IMG/VR virus record: IMGVR_UViG_3300006754_000123 | Span: 1-27,367 of that record | Strand: one strand, 5' to 3' | Length of the DNA: 27,367 nucleotides | Source: a virus | Lineage: Duplodnaviria > Caudoviricetes | In this document: positions 18,712-26,669 of the stretch, piece after piece | Numbering within the stretch: position 1 is the first letter of the stretch | Layout: each line of letters begins with the position of its first letter | Position numbers and translations under genes: made by a program | The notes under the pieces: model-generated | Database searches by the model: none | What the model was told of the DNA's origin: nothing | The model's input: only the letters and a program-made list of their open reading frames with translations

Positions 18712-18978
18712 ATGACAAGATTTGCAAAGCACAAACAAAATTTAAAACGAGAAGGAAACTTTATTATTTCCTATGAAACAAAAGTAGCTGAAATAATTGG
18801 CAGCGAATTACACAAATTGGATTGGAATGTAGATGGCAAAACAAGCAGCCCGACAACTACTAGGCACATTAACTACGCTGCGCAGGAATTAAAATTAACT
18901 ATAATAGAAACCGAAAAAAAATCAAAATTCAAACAACACGGAGAAAGAGCGGGTTTTGATATGCGCGGAATAAACTAA
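18712..18978 (+). CDS. Hypothetical early protein
   Basis: 88 aa; ISYETKVA...SPTTTRHIN resembles a recurrent small phage family. Confidence 0.75.
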   Translation: MTRFAKHKQNLKREGNFIISYETKVAEIIGSELHKLDWNVDGKTSSPTTTRHINYAAQELKLTIIETEKKSKFKQHGERAGFDMRGIN

Positions 18979-19018
18979 AAACAATAACGGCAAAAGCCCC
19001 AGCCAATTAATAAGGGCA
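18974..19018 (+). repeat. 45-bp leader repeat, copy 2
   Basis: ACTAAAAACAATAACGGCAAAAGCCCCAGCCAATTAATAAGGGCA. Confidence 0.92.
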
Positions 19019-19026
19019 AAATAATT

Positions 19027-19419
19027 ATGACAACTTTACAAGAACAAAAAAAGATATGCAAATTAACTAAACTTCTAACTTCCAGAACAGAACTAAGAAT
19101 TAAAGATTTAAAATTAGCTTCAAAAATTGATGCAGAAGAAACCGCCAAAGAAAAAAAGGCCGAGCTATTTGAAGAAAACGAATGCCGTTTAGATAAGTTG
19201 CACAAAGCCGCGCAATTAGTGGCGCAAGCGCAAGAGGAAATTGATTGTGCTTTACGCGGAACTGACTTAGTATGCGGCTTTGAAGCTTATGGCCGATATG
19301 GGATAGATCAGCTGCTTGGCAATGGTAACCCCTATGACAAAAGCGTTTATTCCTTAATGGACGCAATACAAGCAAAGCAGGATGATCTATATTGCAACCA
19401 AACTGGCGAATGGAAATAA
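19027..19419 (+). CDS. Hypothetical early protein
   Basis: 130-aa ORF following the leader repeat. Confidence 0.7.
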   Translation: MTTLQEQKKICKLTKLLTSRTELRIKDLKLASKIDAEETAKEKKAELFEENECRLDKLHKAAQLVAQAQEEIDCALRGTDLVCGFEAYGRYGIDQLLGNGNPYDKSVYSLMDAIQAKQDDLYCNQTGEWK

Positions 19420-19452
19420 CACTTATTTGATAACTTACTAAAAAATAGAATT

Positions 19453-19752
19453 ATGAAAACAACTTATTCGGAACTAAGAAGCAACCCGCCTAAATTAGCT
19501 ATCAACGGAAAACCTCGGGAAATTAAAATAGATTTGATTTCTGTGATGTGCGATAATAAGCACCGGTGGACAATGAAAAAAGATGGTGCTGGCGATTACA
19601 AGATTTGCACGCACGGCTTTTCTTATTCTAACTGGCTTATCCCTTTTGGCAAAGACGATATTGAATGGGAAGCGGATGCTGGAAATTGGAAACAAGTTTT
19701 CAATATGATTAACGCTGGAACCTCTAAAATTAACCAAATAAAATACAGATAA
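19453..19752 (+). CDS. Hypothetical early protein
   Basis: 99-aa ORF with A-rich leader. Confidence 0.7.
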   Translation: MKTTYSELRSNPPKLAINGKPREIKIDLISVMCDNKHRWTMKKDGAGDYKICTHGFSYSNWLIPFGKDDIEWEADAGNWKQVFNMINAGTSKINQIKYR

Positions 19753-19753
19753 A

Positions 19754-20065
19754 ATGGAAAAGAACATACAAACTGGCCGCGTATTTACTACGCTTAATGA
19801 CTTAGCAACTAAATGGGAACGAAATTTAGAGCAGCTAGAAGCACGCGAAAAAGAACTTAAAGCAAAGGATGATCAGCTTACTTGCTTGGCCGTTTCAATG
19901 GTGGCCGATAATACTTTGGAACATATTATAGCACTGCGTAAAGCGATTACAGATTTACAGCGCTTAGAAAACCACGAAAAAACAATGACAAACAAACTGC
20001 TTGAAACTATGTTGAACCAAGCAAATCCTATTAACTTTAAAAAACCAAAAAAAGATGATAATTAA
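19754..20065 (+). CDS. Hypothetical coiled-coil protein
   Basis: 103 aa with heptad-like pattern; tight operon spacing. Confidence 0.7.
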   Translation: MEKNIQTGRVFTTLNDLATKWERNLEQLEAREKELKAKDDQLTCLAVSMVADNTLEHIIALRKAITDLQRLENHEKTMTNKLLETMLNQANPINFKKPKKDDN

Positions 20066-20495
20066 AACCAGCAAAGTAGAAAGCGCGCAATTCCTTAAAA
20101 CTTGGGAAAGCCGTAAAGGAGATACATTTTACGCACATCAAATCCAAATGGAAAACGGGGATTGCGGGGAATATTCCAGTAAAACGCAAGAGCAAAATAA
20201 ATTTAATGAGGGTGAAGAAGTGCAATACGAATACCACCCACACGAAAGTTTCCCTAAAATCAAACCGCACTATTCACGGCCGCAATTTACTGCTATGCAG
20301 AACGACAATACAATGGTTCCAAGCGTAGCAATAAAAGCAAGCGCAGTATTTAATGCGGGGCGAAATGTTAGCGCGCAGCAAGTTGTAAAAGACGCCAAAG
20401 TTTTTGCGGCTTTTATTAACGAATCGCCAGCTGAAACTGAATCGCCAGCTGAAACTATTTCCAAGATAAAAGCAGAAGAAAAAGATCCTTTTTAA
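20055..20495 (+). CDS. Putative single-stranded DNA-binding protein
   Basis: Beta-rich OB-like N-terminus and SSB-type acidic tail EEKDPF. Confidence 0.6.
   Translation: MIIKTSKVESAQFLKTWESRKGDTFYAHQIQMENGDCGEYSSKTQEQNKFNEGEEVQYEYHPHESFPKIKPHYSRPQFTAMQNDNTMVPSVAIKASAVFNAGRNVSAQQVVKDAKVFAAFINESPAETESPAETISKIKAEEKDPF
20421..20456 (+). repeat. Perfect 18-bp tandem duplication
   Basis: GAATCGCCAGCTGAAACT x2, encoding ESPAET twice. Confidence 0.9.
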
Positions 20496-20885
20496 ATGGA
20501 AAACACTATACTAAAAGCAAAGCTTATTCTTGCGCAAATGTTTGGAATAGGAAAGATTCATTTTGAAAAGCACAAAAGCCGTAAAACAAATATTAATGAA
20601 GCCCGCAGATTTTTGATTTATTTTTTGCGCAAAGAATTAAATGTTACTTTTACTGAGATTTGTAAATATGTGCCAGCACTAACAAACCACGCCACCGCTA
20701 TGCACCATCACAAAAGGATGAAAGAACTACTGGAAGTTGAAGCGCCAATATTGCGCAAGTATGAGGAATTTAAAGAAACCCTTTTAAGCGATGAAACGCT
20801 ATCGATCCAGCGTGAAATAATTGGCTTGAGAAATACGCGCACTAATTTAACAGCGCAGATCACTAAATTAAAAAAACTTTTATGA
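20496..20885 (+). CDS. DnaA domain IV-like helix-turn-helix protein
   Basis: SRKTNINEARRFLIYFLRKELNVTFTEI...NHATAMH parallels DnaA ARQIAMYL...SL.EIG...RDHTTVLH. Confidence 0.75.
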   Translation: MENTILKAKLILAQMFGIGKIHFEKHKSRKTNINEARRFLIYFLRKELNVTFTEICKYVPALTNHATAMHHHKRMKELLEVEAPILRKYEEFKETLLSDETLSIQREIIGLRNTRTNLTAQITKLKKLL

Positions 20886-21157
20886 AATTACAAATCACAA
20901 GTTTCAAGAATACTCCAAGCAAATACGGGGGTTTTTTTTACTATGTATTTTTTAAAGACGATGCTGGCAAAAATTACAAAAGTTGCATCTATCCAAATTG
21001 CCGCAATTTTAATAAGTGGCGCAGCGTTTTAAAACGCGGGGCTGTCTTGGATAATTTAATACTAAAAAGCGCGGGCTTAGTTGATGCTGATAGCAATTTT
21101 AATTTTTTAGGTATTAAGCAAAGCAAGCCCAAACCACAACACCCAAAACTATTTTGA
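20882..21157 (+). CDS. Hypothetical protein
   Basis: 91-aa basic ORF, ATGA-coupled; ends QHPKLF. Confidence 0.7.
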   Translation: MKLQITSFKNTPSKYGGFFYYVFFKDDAGKNYKSCIYPNCRNFNKWRSVLKRGAVLDNLILKSAGLVDADSNFNFLGIKQSKPKPQHPKLF

Positions 21158-21158
21158 T

Positions 21159-21374
21159 ATGAAAGAACTATTTGAAGCTGATTATGGAATTGATAACAGC
21201 GCACCCGACAGCACTGAAATAACTACGACGATTCTTTATTTTAGCAAAGAAGAACTGAAACTATTTAAACAGCTTTGCAAAAAAGGAATGCAAAAGGAAA
21301 CGCTTAATTTAAGCACAGCCAATATATCTGATTTTTTACTACTAATTTTAAAACAAAGATATGAAAACCTATAA
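21159..21374 (+). CDS. Hypothetical protein preceding the TET/JBP gene
   Basis: 71-aa ORF overlapping the dioxygenase start. Confidence 0.65.
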   Translation: MKELFEADYGIDNSAPDSTEITTTILYFSKEELKLFKQLCKKGMQKETLNLSTANISDFLLLILKQRYENL

Positions 21375-22224
21375 ATTAAAAAAGCACCTAACACAAAAAG
21401 AAGCTGCAAAACTTAAAGGAACTTTTTTAGATGATAAAAGCTATGATATTATAATAGACCACGATGCTGATGGTTTTGATTTATACGGGAATTTATTATT
21501 TAGATTTCGGAAAGGGGTTTTGCCTTACAAAGTTTTAAAGAACGGATACGACAGTTTTAAGGACAGCATACAGCTAACTGATGGGCGTGGTATAGTTAGC
21601 GGAAGCAGCCATAAAAGGATCTTAAAAGACGGAACAGTGAGCAAAATAACAGTAGGAAATAAAGTATTAAGCGGGAATGTAGGTTATATGGATAGAAATG
21701 CGATGGTGCAATATTGCCGTAAAACTGCGTTCGGCCGCAAATACTTTGAAAAATTTAAAGCTGGAATTCCTTTTGTAGAATTTATAGATAAAAAATATGA
21801 AGAACTTTGCCCCGCTTATTATAAAAAACAAAAGGCCATCGCCGCTGGAACCAATAGAAACTATGTAATTGGAGATACCAGTTATACAACAATCACACTA
21901 AATAAAAATTTTAGAACTGCGGTGCATCAAGATAGCGGTGATTATCGGGAAGGTTTTGGAAACCTTTGTGTCTATCGTGAGGGTGATGTAAAAGGCGGCC
22001 TTTTTGTTTTGCCAGAATTTAGGGCGGCCGTAGATATGCAGAACTGCGATATGTTTTTTGCTGATGTGCATAGGTGGCACGGAAATACTGAAATTATCAC
22101 TGCGCCAAATAGCTTCCGGCTTTCTTTTGTTTTATATTATCGGGAATATATGTATAAATGCAAGCAACCGCGTGAAGAATTACAAGATGCAAAAATTAAC
22201 AAAACTGGATATCTAAAATTATGA
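21361..22224 (+). CDS. TET/JBP-family 2OG-Fe(II) dioxygenase (5-methylpyrimidine hydroxylase)
   Basis: TITLNKNFRTAVHQDSGD (HxD), GGLFVLPEF, DVHRWHGNT (distal His), RLSFVLYYRE (2OG-binding Arg). Confidence 0.9.
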   Translation: MKTYKLKKHLTQKEAAKLKGTFLDDKSYDIIIDHDADGFDLYGNLLFRFRKGVLPYKVLKNGYDSFKDSIQLTDGRGIVSGSSHKRILKDGTVSKITVGNKVLSGNVGYMDRNAMVQYCRKTAFGRKYFEKFKAGIPFVEFIDKKYEELCPAYYKKQKAIAAGTNRNYVIGDTSYTTITLNKNFRTAVHQDSGDYREGFGNLCVYREGDVKGGLFVLPEFRAAVDMQNCDMFFADVHRWHGNTEIITAPNSFRLSFVLYYREYMYKCKQPREELQDAKINKTGYLKL

Positions 22225-23168
22225 ATGATTTAACTAGGCCGTGGAGCGTTCAAATTGAATTAGCTGAGGGGTGCTCGCGGCTTTGTTCATTTTGCGGCTT
22301 AAACGGCATAAGAACAAAAGCTGGAAATTATAAATTTATGACACTGGCGACGGCCAATATTTTAGCGACTCAACTGGCGGCCTTTTGCCCCACTGCGCGC
22401 TATGAATTTGCGATGCACGGGGAACCAGTTATGAATCCTAAATATTTAGAAATTATTTCTTTATTTAGATATAAGCTACCAAAAGCACAAATGCAATTGA
22501 CAACAAACGGAGTGAAATATATTAAAAAAGATATGCAAAAGGAAGTAAAAAAAGCTTTTGCAGCTGGAATTGATTTTATAATCCTTGACACCTATTATCC
22601 AGAACGGGATATTTTAAGGGAGAAAGCTTTTAAGTTAAATGGAATAGATGTTTTAGATTTTTATGATGATATGCTCCCAATAAAGAAAAGTCCGTGGACT
22701 AATTATCATAGAAAATTTAATAACACTATAATTCTAATGGATGATTTATTGGCCAGAAATAAAGAATCGAAATCGCGAACTATTTACAACCACGCGGGAA
22801 ACAATCCCTTAGCACCCAAAGTAAAACAACCAAAGAATAAAACTTGCACTTTGCCGTTCCGTGAAATAGGCGTAATTTGGAACGGGGAAGTTCGGCTTTG
22901 TTGCCACGATTGGAAAGGAGAATTTCCAATTGCAAATATCCACGACCAAAATATACAAGATATTTGGAAGCATCCAAAGTGGGAAGCAGCGCGCACCTTT
23001 TTACAAAACAAAGATCGCAGCTTGACGCCTTGCAAGATTTGCGATATTGATAGCGGAAGCCGTGCTGGCTTATTGCCGAAATATGGTGCAATAACAGCGG
23101 AGCACGAAAAACTTTGCAAAACAAAAAAAAAGAAACCAGCAATAGAATTGCAATCTAAATTATTTTGA
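22221..23168 (+). CDS. Radical SAM enzyme with SPASM/twitch domain
   Basis: CSRLCSFC, HGEP, LTTNG; C-terminal CTLPF...WNGEVRLCCHDW...PCKICD. Confidence 0.92.
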   Translation: MNDLTRPWSVQIELAEGCSRLCSFCGLNGIRTKAGNYKFMTLATANILATQLAAFCPTARYEFAMHGEPVMNPKYLEIISLFRYKLPKAQMQLTTNGVKYIKKDMQKEVKKAFAAGIDFIILDTYYPERDILREKAFKLNGIDVLDFYDDMLPIKKSPWTNYHRKFNNTIILMDDLLARNKESKSRTIYNHAGNNPLAPKVKQPKNKTCTLPFREIGVIWNGEVRLCCHDWKGEFPIANIHDQNIQDIWKHPKWEAARTFLQNKDRSLTPCKICDIDSGSRAGLLPKYGAITAEHEKLCKTKKKKPAIELQSKLF

Positions 23169-23169
23169 T

Positions 23170-24099
23170 ATGAAAAACCTAGTAATCAACTTTACAAAAT
23201 GCAGCCCCAACAGCACAATCGCCAGCAATAGAATAGCCACTTTTATTTCTAAACAAACTGGCTTTTTATTAGTAGATGATTTGCAAACAGCCCAACAAAT
23301 AAAACAAGAAATGATTGGAGCAATCTATGTAGTGAATGGGATGTTCGGCTTTTGCAATTTCCGTGATGAATGCGTTCGGCTTTGTTATGAAGCGCGCCAG
23401 TTATTTTGGATAGGAAATGATTATAACATAAAAGTTCCAAGCCAATTAAAACGCTTTGAATTTATAAAAGCGTGCCAATATACAACCAGTGCAAAGGAAT
23501 ACTTATTAGATTGGAATAAGCTTACATATTTAAAAGGACTACCGATACAGAATAAAATAGAAACGGGAATACTTTATTACGGGGCGTATAGGGAAAACCG
23601 ACAAGAAGCTTTTAAGCGCTATTTTAAGACGGATATTTATAAAATAATAGTAAGCACCACCCCAAAAAATAAAAGCAAATTCTTATCGCTTAATAACAAG
23701 ATCAAAACTGTAAGGCCTTTTCCATCACTTATAAAGGGCGTTCAATATTTTGCTAACACAATTTATATTGAAGATGAAAAGCGCGCAGCTGGAATTGATT
23801 TAACGCCAGCAAATAGATTTTATGAATGCGTTTCGGCTAAGGTTTTGCAATTATTTGATAAAAATACCTTACAAAGTTTTGAAAGATTTGGAAACAACTT
23901 GGATGATTATATAGTAGAAAGCGCAGCTGATTTAAAAAACAAAATGAATAATAAAAAGCTTTTGACGCAGCAAATTGATTATTTTAATAGCTTTGATTTT
24001 TTAGATGAACTGATTTTAGAATTCCAAAAATTCCATCAAGAAAATTGTTATTATAAGGACGCCACAAAAGAATTAGAAATTCAAAAAACATTATTCTAA
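23170..24099 (+). CDS. GT-B glycosyltransferase, T4 DNA beta-glucosyltransferase-like
   Basis: LYYGAYRENR, TIYIED and ANRFYEC...LFD resemble the recalled BGT segments IYGGSFRSGQR, LIIGD and LRVWET...LID; linked to TET/JBP. Confidence 0.7.
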   Translation: MKNLVINFTKCSPNSTIASNRIATFISKQTGFLLVDDLQTAQQIKQEMIGAIYVVNGMFGFCNFRDECVRLCYEARQLFWIGNDYNIKVPSQLKRFEFIKACQYTTSAKEYLLDWNKLTYLKGLPIQNKIETGILYYGAYRENRQEAFKRYFKTDIYKIIVSTTPKNKSKFLSLNNKIKTVRPFPSLIKGVQYFANTIYIEDEKRAAGIDLTPANRFYECVSAKVLQLFDKNTLQSFERFGNNLDDYIVESAADLKNKMNNKKLLTQQIDYFNSFDFLDELILEFQKFHQENCYYKDATKELEIQKTLF

Positions 24100-24743
24100 T
24101 GCAAGTTTTCCGCGTAATAAAAAATAAGAATTACACCACTATTTGTAATGGAATTTACAAAGACAAAGCCCTAAGCTTAAAAGCAAAAGGATTACTAAGT
24201 ATGATTTTAAGTTTGCCCGCAGATTGGGATCTAACTATTAACGGGCTCGTAAAAATATGCAAAGAGGGCAAACGCGCAATGACTTCAATAATAAGCGAAC
24301 TGATTGCAGCGGGTTATATAACACGCCAACAAGTGCGGAAAAACGGAAGCTTTGCTGGTTATGATTACTGCGTCTATGAACACCCGCAACGCTTAAACGC
24401 AGCACCGCAAGACGCGCCAACGCAAAAGAGCAATCAATTAAGTAATAAAGAAATAAATACCTTATCTAATAAAGATAATATAAATATAAGAAAGCAAATT
24501 TTTGTAAATAATGTTGAAACACTTAATATATTAAACCAGCAAGAAAAGGAAAAGTTTATTGATTACTGGACGGAAACCAATAAGAGCGGGAAAAAAATGC
24601 TGTATGAAATGCAACGAACTTTTGATATTAAGCTACGCTTAAAACGATGGGCGGCCAACAATCAAAATTGGAATAATAAAGGCCGATCTAAATTAGAATC
24701 GCAGTTATGCGAATACAATAAAGGGAAAAAACTATTAAAATGA
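24099..24743 (+). CDS. Replication initiator / replisome organiser with N-terminal HTH
   Basis: NYTTICN...DKALSLKAKGLL...DW...EL..AGY; Asn/Lys-rich linker; C-terminal FIDYWTE...RLKRW domain. Confidence 0.8.
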   Translation: MQVFRVIKNKNYTTICNGIYKDKALSLKAKGLLSMILSLPADWDLTINGLVKICKEGKRAMTSIISELIAAGYITRQQVRKNGSFAGYDYCVYEHPQRLNAAPQDAPTQKSNQLSNKEINTLSNKDNINIRKQIFVNNVETLNILNQQEKEKFIDYWTETNKSGKKMLYEMQRTFDIKLRLKRWAANNQNWNNKGRSKLESQLCEYNKGKKLLK

Positions 24744-25075
24744 AAGTAGAAAAAGTTTATGATCTTATTGCGAAAACCAGCATAGAGCTGGGATATAATA
24801 CAGATGGAAAAACAATGGCTGCGCTGGCAAAAATATTTGCTAATGATTTGCAAACAGATAAGCGCCTTAAAAGATTAAGCTTTGCTGATGTTGAAATGGC
24901 TTTCCGCTTAGGCGTGCGCAATAATAAAGGGGAACAGCAATATCTTAATATTACAACATTCTATCGCTGGTGCTTTGCAATGAAAAAAAGAATAAACGAA
25001 GCAATCCATCAGGTAGAATATTTAAACAGAAACCCAAAAGAAATAGAATACTATCCTAAAAACTTATTGAAATGA
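24740..25075 (+). CDS. Hypothetical protein, possible helicase loader
   Basis: ATGA-coupled to the initiator; positional analogy to lambda P only. Confidence 0.6.
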   Translation: MKVEKVYDLIAKTSIELGYNTDGKTMAALAKIFANDLQTDKRLKRLSFADVEMAFRLGVRNNKGEQQYLNITTFYRWCFAMKKRINEAIHQVEYLNRNPKEIEYYPKNLLK

Positions 25076-25155
25076 AAACAATTTTACTGATTTATTTAAT
25101 CGTGCTCTTTCTTTGTATATTGGAAGCTTACTTTTGCACCATAACAATAGAATAA
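25072..25155 (+). CDS. 27-aa hydrophobic peptide (absent from ORF track)
   Basis: MKTILLIYLIVLFLCILEAYFCTITIE; ATGA overlap upstream, 1-nt gap downstream. Confidence 0.6.
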   Translation: MKTILLIYLIVLFLCILEAYFCTITIE

Positions 25156-25156
25156 A

Positions 25157-25621
25157 ATGACAAAGCACTTAATCAACGGAAAACCTTGCAGCTATTACGA
25201 CAACACAAGCCAAGAAGTAAAACAATACAAAGGCGAACCACTGGAAAAAATTATTGTTATGACTTCCAAACCTTTTGAAAGGAATGCAATAAAATTAGAT
25301 TCGGCAACGGGTGAAAAATATAGCGATTACGAAACCGCAACGGGAAAGCTCGTATTTATAGGGAATAAGGATAAACTAGATGCTTGCTTGGAATGGCTTA
25401 AAGAAGTAGGCCAATATGACAAGATAGATGAATTATATATACTTGATCGCTACCATATAAGCGGGGAAGATATGATAGAAAGCTACTATGAAAAGATGCA
25501 CGAATATAATTTAGAAATAACTATAAAAGAGAAATTCCAAGAATGCTGGTGGAATGGTAACCCCAAAGGATGCCATCTGTTTAGGGAATACGCACTAGAT
25601 CCAGATAACGAACGATGGTGA
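25157..25621 (+). CDS. Hypothetical protein
   Basis: 154-aa ORF in operon. Confidence 0.7.
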   Translation: MTKHLINGKPCSYYDNTSQEVKQYKGEPLEKIIVMTSKPFERNAIKLDSATGEKYSDYETATGKLVFIGNKDKLDACLEWLKEVGQYDKIDELYILDRYHISGEDMIESYYEKMHEYNLEITIKEKFQECWWNGNPKGCHLFREYALDPDNERW

Positions 25622-25800
25622 AAGTTAGCAATAGAACACGCGCCAGCAATAAAGGAAAGCTTATACATTGCCCGCTTTGCGATTATCCCGTGAAAGTTTA
25701 TAACTTTGCGTTCAGCAAATTAAAATGCTGGCACTGCAAAAAAGAAGTAAAGAAAAAAGATTATTATTTGAAAAGCCACTATGAAAGAACCAGATTATAA
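25615..25800 (+). CDS. Small zinc-finger protein
   Basis: CPLC and CWHC pairs. Confidence 0.7.
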   Translation: MVKVSNRTRASNKGKLIHCPLCDYPVKVYNFAFSKLKCWHCKKEVKKKDYYLKSHYERTRL

Positions 25801-25969
25801 GACAATTAAGTGGGTGCTGCGCAACCATATAAAAAACAAAGTGCCAGCGCTATGGACTTGGGAAAATAATAATTTTACTTGCATCTACAATAATTACCAA
25901 CAAACCGACAGAATATATACAGCTAAACAATTATTGAACAAACTAAATGAAAGCTCTAATCCAGTTTGA
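25781..25969 (+). CDS. Hypothetical protein
   Basis: 62-aa overlapping operon ORF. Confidence 0.6.
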   Translation: MKEPDYKTIKWVLRNHIKNKVPALWTWENNNFTCIYNNYQQTDRIYTAKQLLNKLNESSNPV

Positions 25970-26144
25970 ATTAGATAGCAAATTACTTAATGACGAACAG
26001 CTAAAAGATAAGCTGGTGGAAACGATGGTAGAACTTTGTGCCGAGTGGGTAAAGGGGGACGCTGTTCTTTACATTGATTTTATTAAAACAAACTTAAATG
26101 AAAACAATAAACATAATAGGATTGATAATCGTAATACTAATTGA
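25947..26144 (+). CDS. Hypothetical protein
   Basis: 65-aa overlapping operon ORF. Confidence 0.6.
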   Translation: MKALIQFELDSKLLNDEQLKDKLVETMVELCAEWVKGDAVLYIDFIKTNLNENNKHNRIDNRNTN

Positions 26145-26265
26145 GTTATCCGTTACGCTTACTTTTGTGCTTTTAGTTAGCACCATAAGTTTCGCTATTA
26201 CTTTTGCAATCAGCACGCTTAAAGTAATGCTTAACAAGTTTTATATCCAACGCAAAGAACTATAA
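26098..26265 (+). CDS. 55-aa membrane protein (absent from ORF track)
   Basis: MKTINIIGLIIVILIELSVTLTFVLLVSTISFAITFAISTLKVMLNKFYIQRKEL; fills an otherwise empty gap. Confidence 0.6.
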   Translation: MKTINIIGLIIVILIELSVTLTFVLLVSTISFAITFAISTLKVMLNKFYIQRKEL

Positions 26266-26276
26266 AATTTTTTTAT

Positions 26277-26284
26277 TAAGTTTG
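26277..26284 (+). promoter_or_regulatory. Candidate -7 promoter motif TAAGTTTG
   Basis: Exact TAnnTTTG ending 4 nt before ATG 26289, implying a leaderless transcript. Confidence 0.5.
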
Positions 26285-26288
26285 CAAT

Positions 26289-26669
26289 ATGTCAGAAAGT
26301 AATTTGCAGACAGCGATCATAAATTATTTGCAGTGGCAATATCCGTATATAAAATACTGCGCCAGTTTAGGCGGCCAATATCAGCGATATAATTCCCAGC
26401 GCAATAAAGCTAAGGCCAATGGATATGTAAAAGGATTCCCCGACTTACAAATCACAGAAGCACGCGGTGGATTCTTTGGGATGTTCATTGAAATAAAAGA
26501 AAAGGGTTATCCAACCAAAGAACAAAAGCAATGGCTTAAAGAACTAACTGATCGCGGCTATTATGCCGAATGCTTAAAAGGATTTGACAATATAAAACAC
26601 GCGATCGATGCTTATTTAAAAGCACCGCCGACAATAGGAATGCCGTCTATAATAGAAGCAGATGCGTAA
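26289..26669 (+). CDS. VRR-NUC domain nuclease
   Basis: SESNLQ, GFPDL, FIEIK, PTKEQKQWL motifs. Confidence 0.9.
   Translation: MSESNLQTAIINYLQWQYPYIKYCASLGGQYQRYNSQRNKAKANGYVKGFPDLQITEARGGFFGMFIEIKEKGYPTKEQKQWLKELTDRGYYAECLKGFDNIKHAIDAYLKAPPTIGMPSIIEADA

Noticed and set aside
18657-19018. Repeats as a CRISPR mini-array
   Set aside because: Only two direct copies, separated by a ~270-bp gene; no spacer-sized units and no cas genes
22221-23168. Radical SAM gene as QueE (7-deazaguanine pathway) or a peptide maturase
   Set aside because: No folE, queC, queD or dpdA, and no evident precursor peptide or transporter; context points to pyrimidine hypermodification
188-25668. Numerous minus-strand ORFs in the track
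   Set aside because: All lie antisense to well-supported + strand genes and show no recognisable motifs; treated as shadow ORFs
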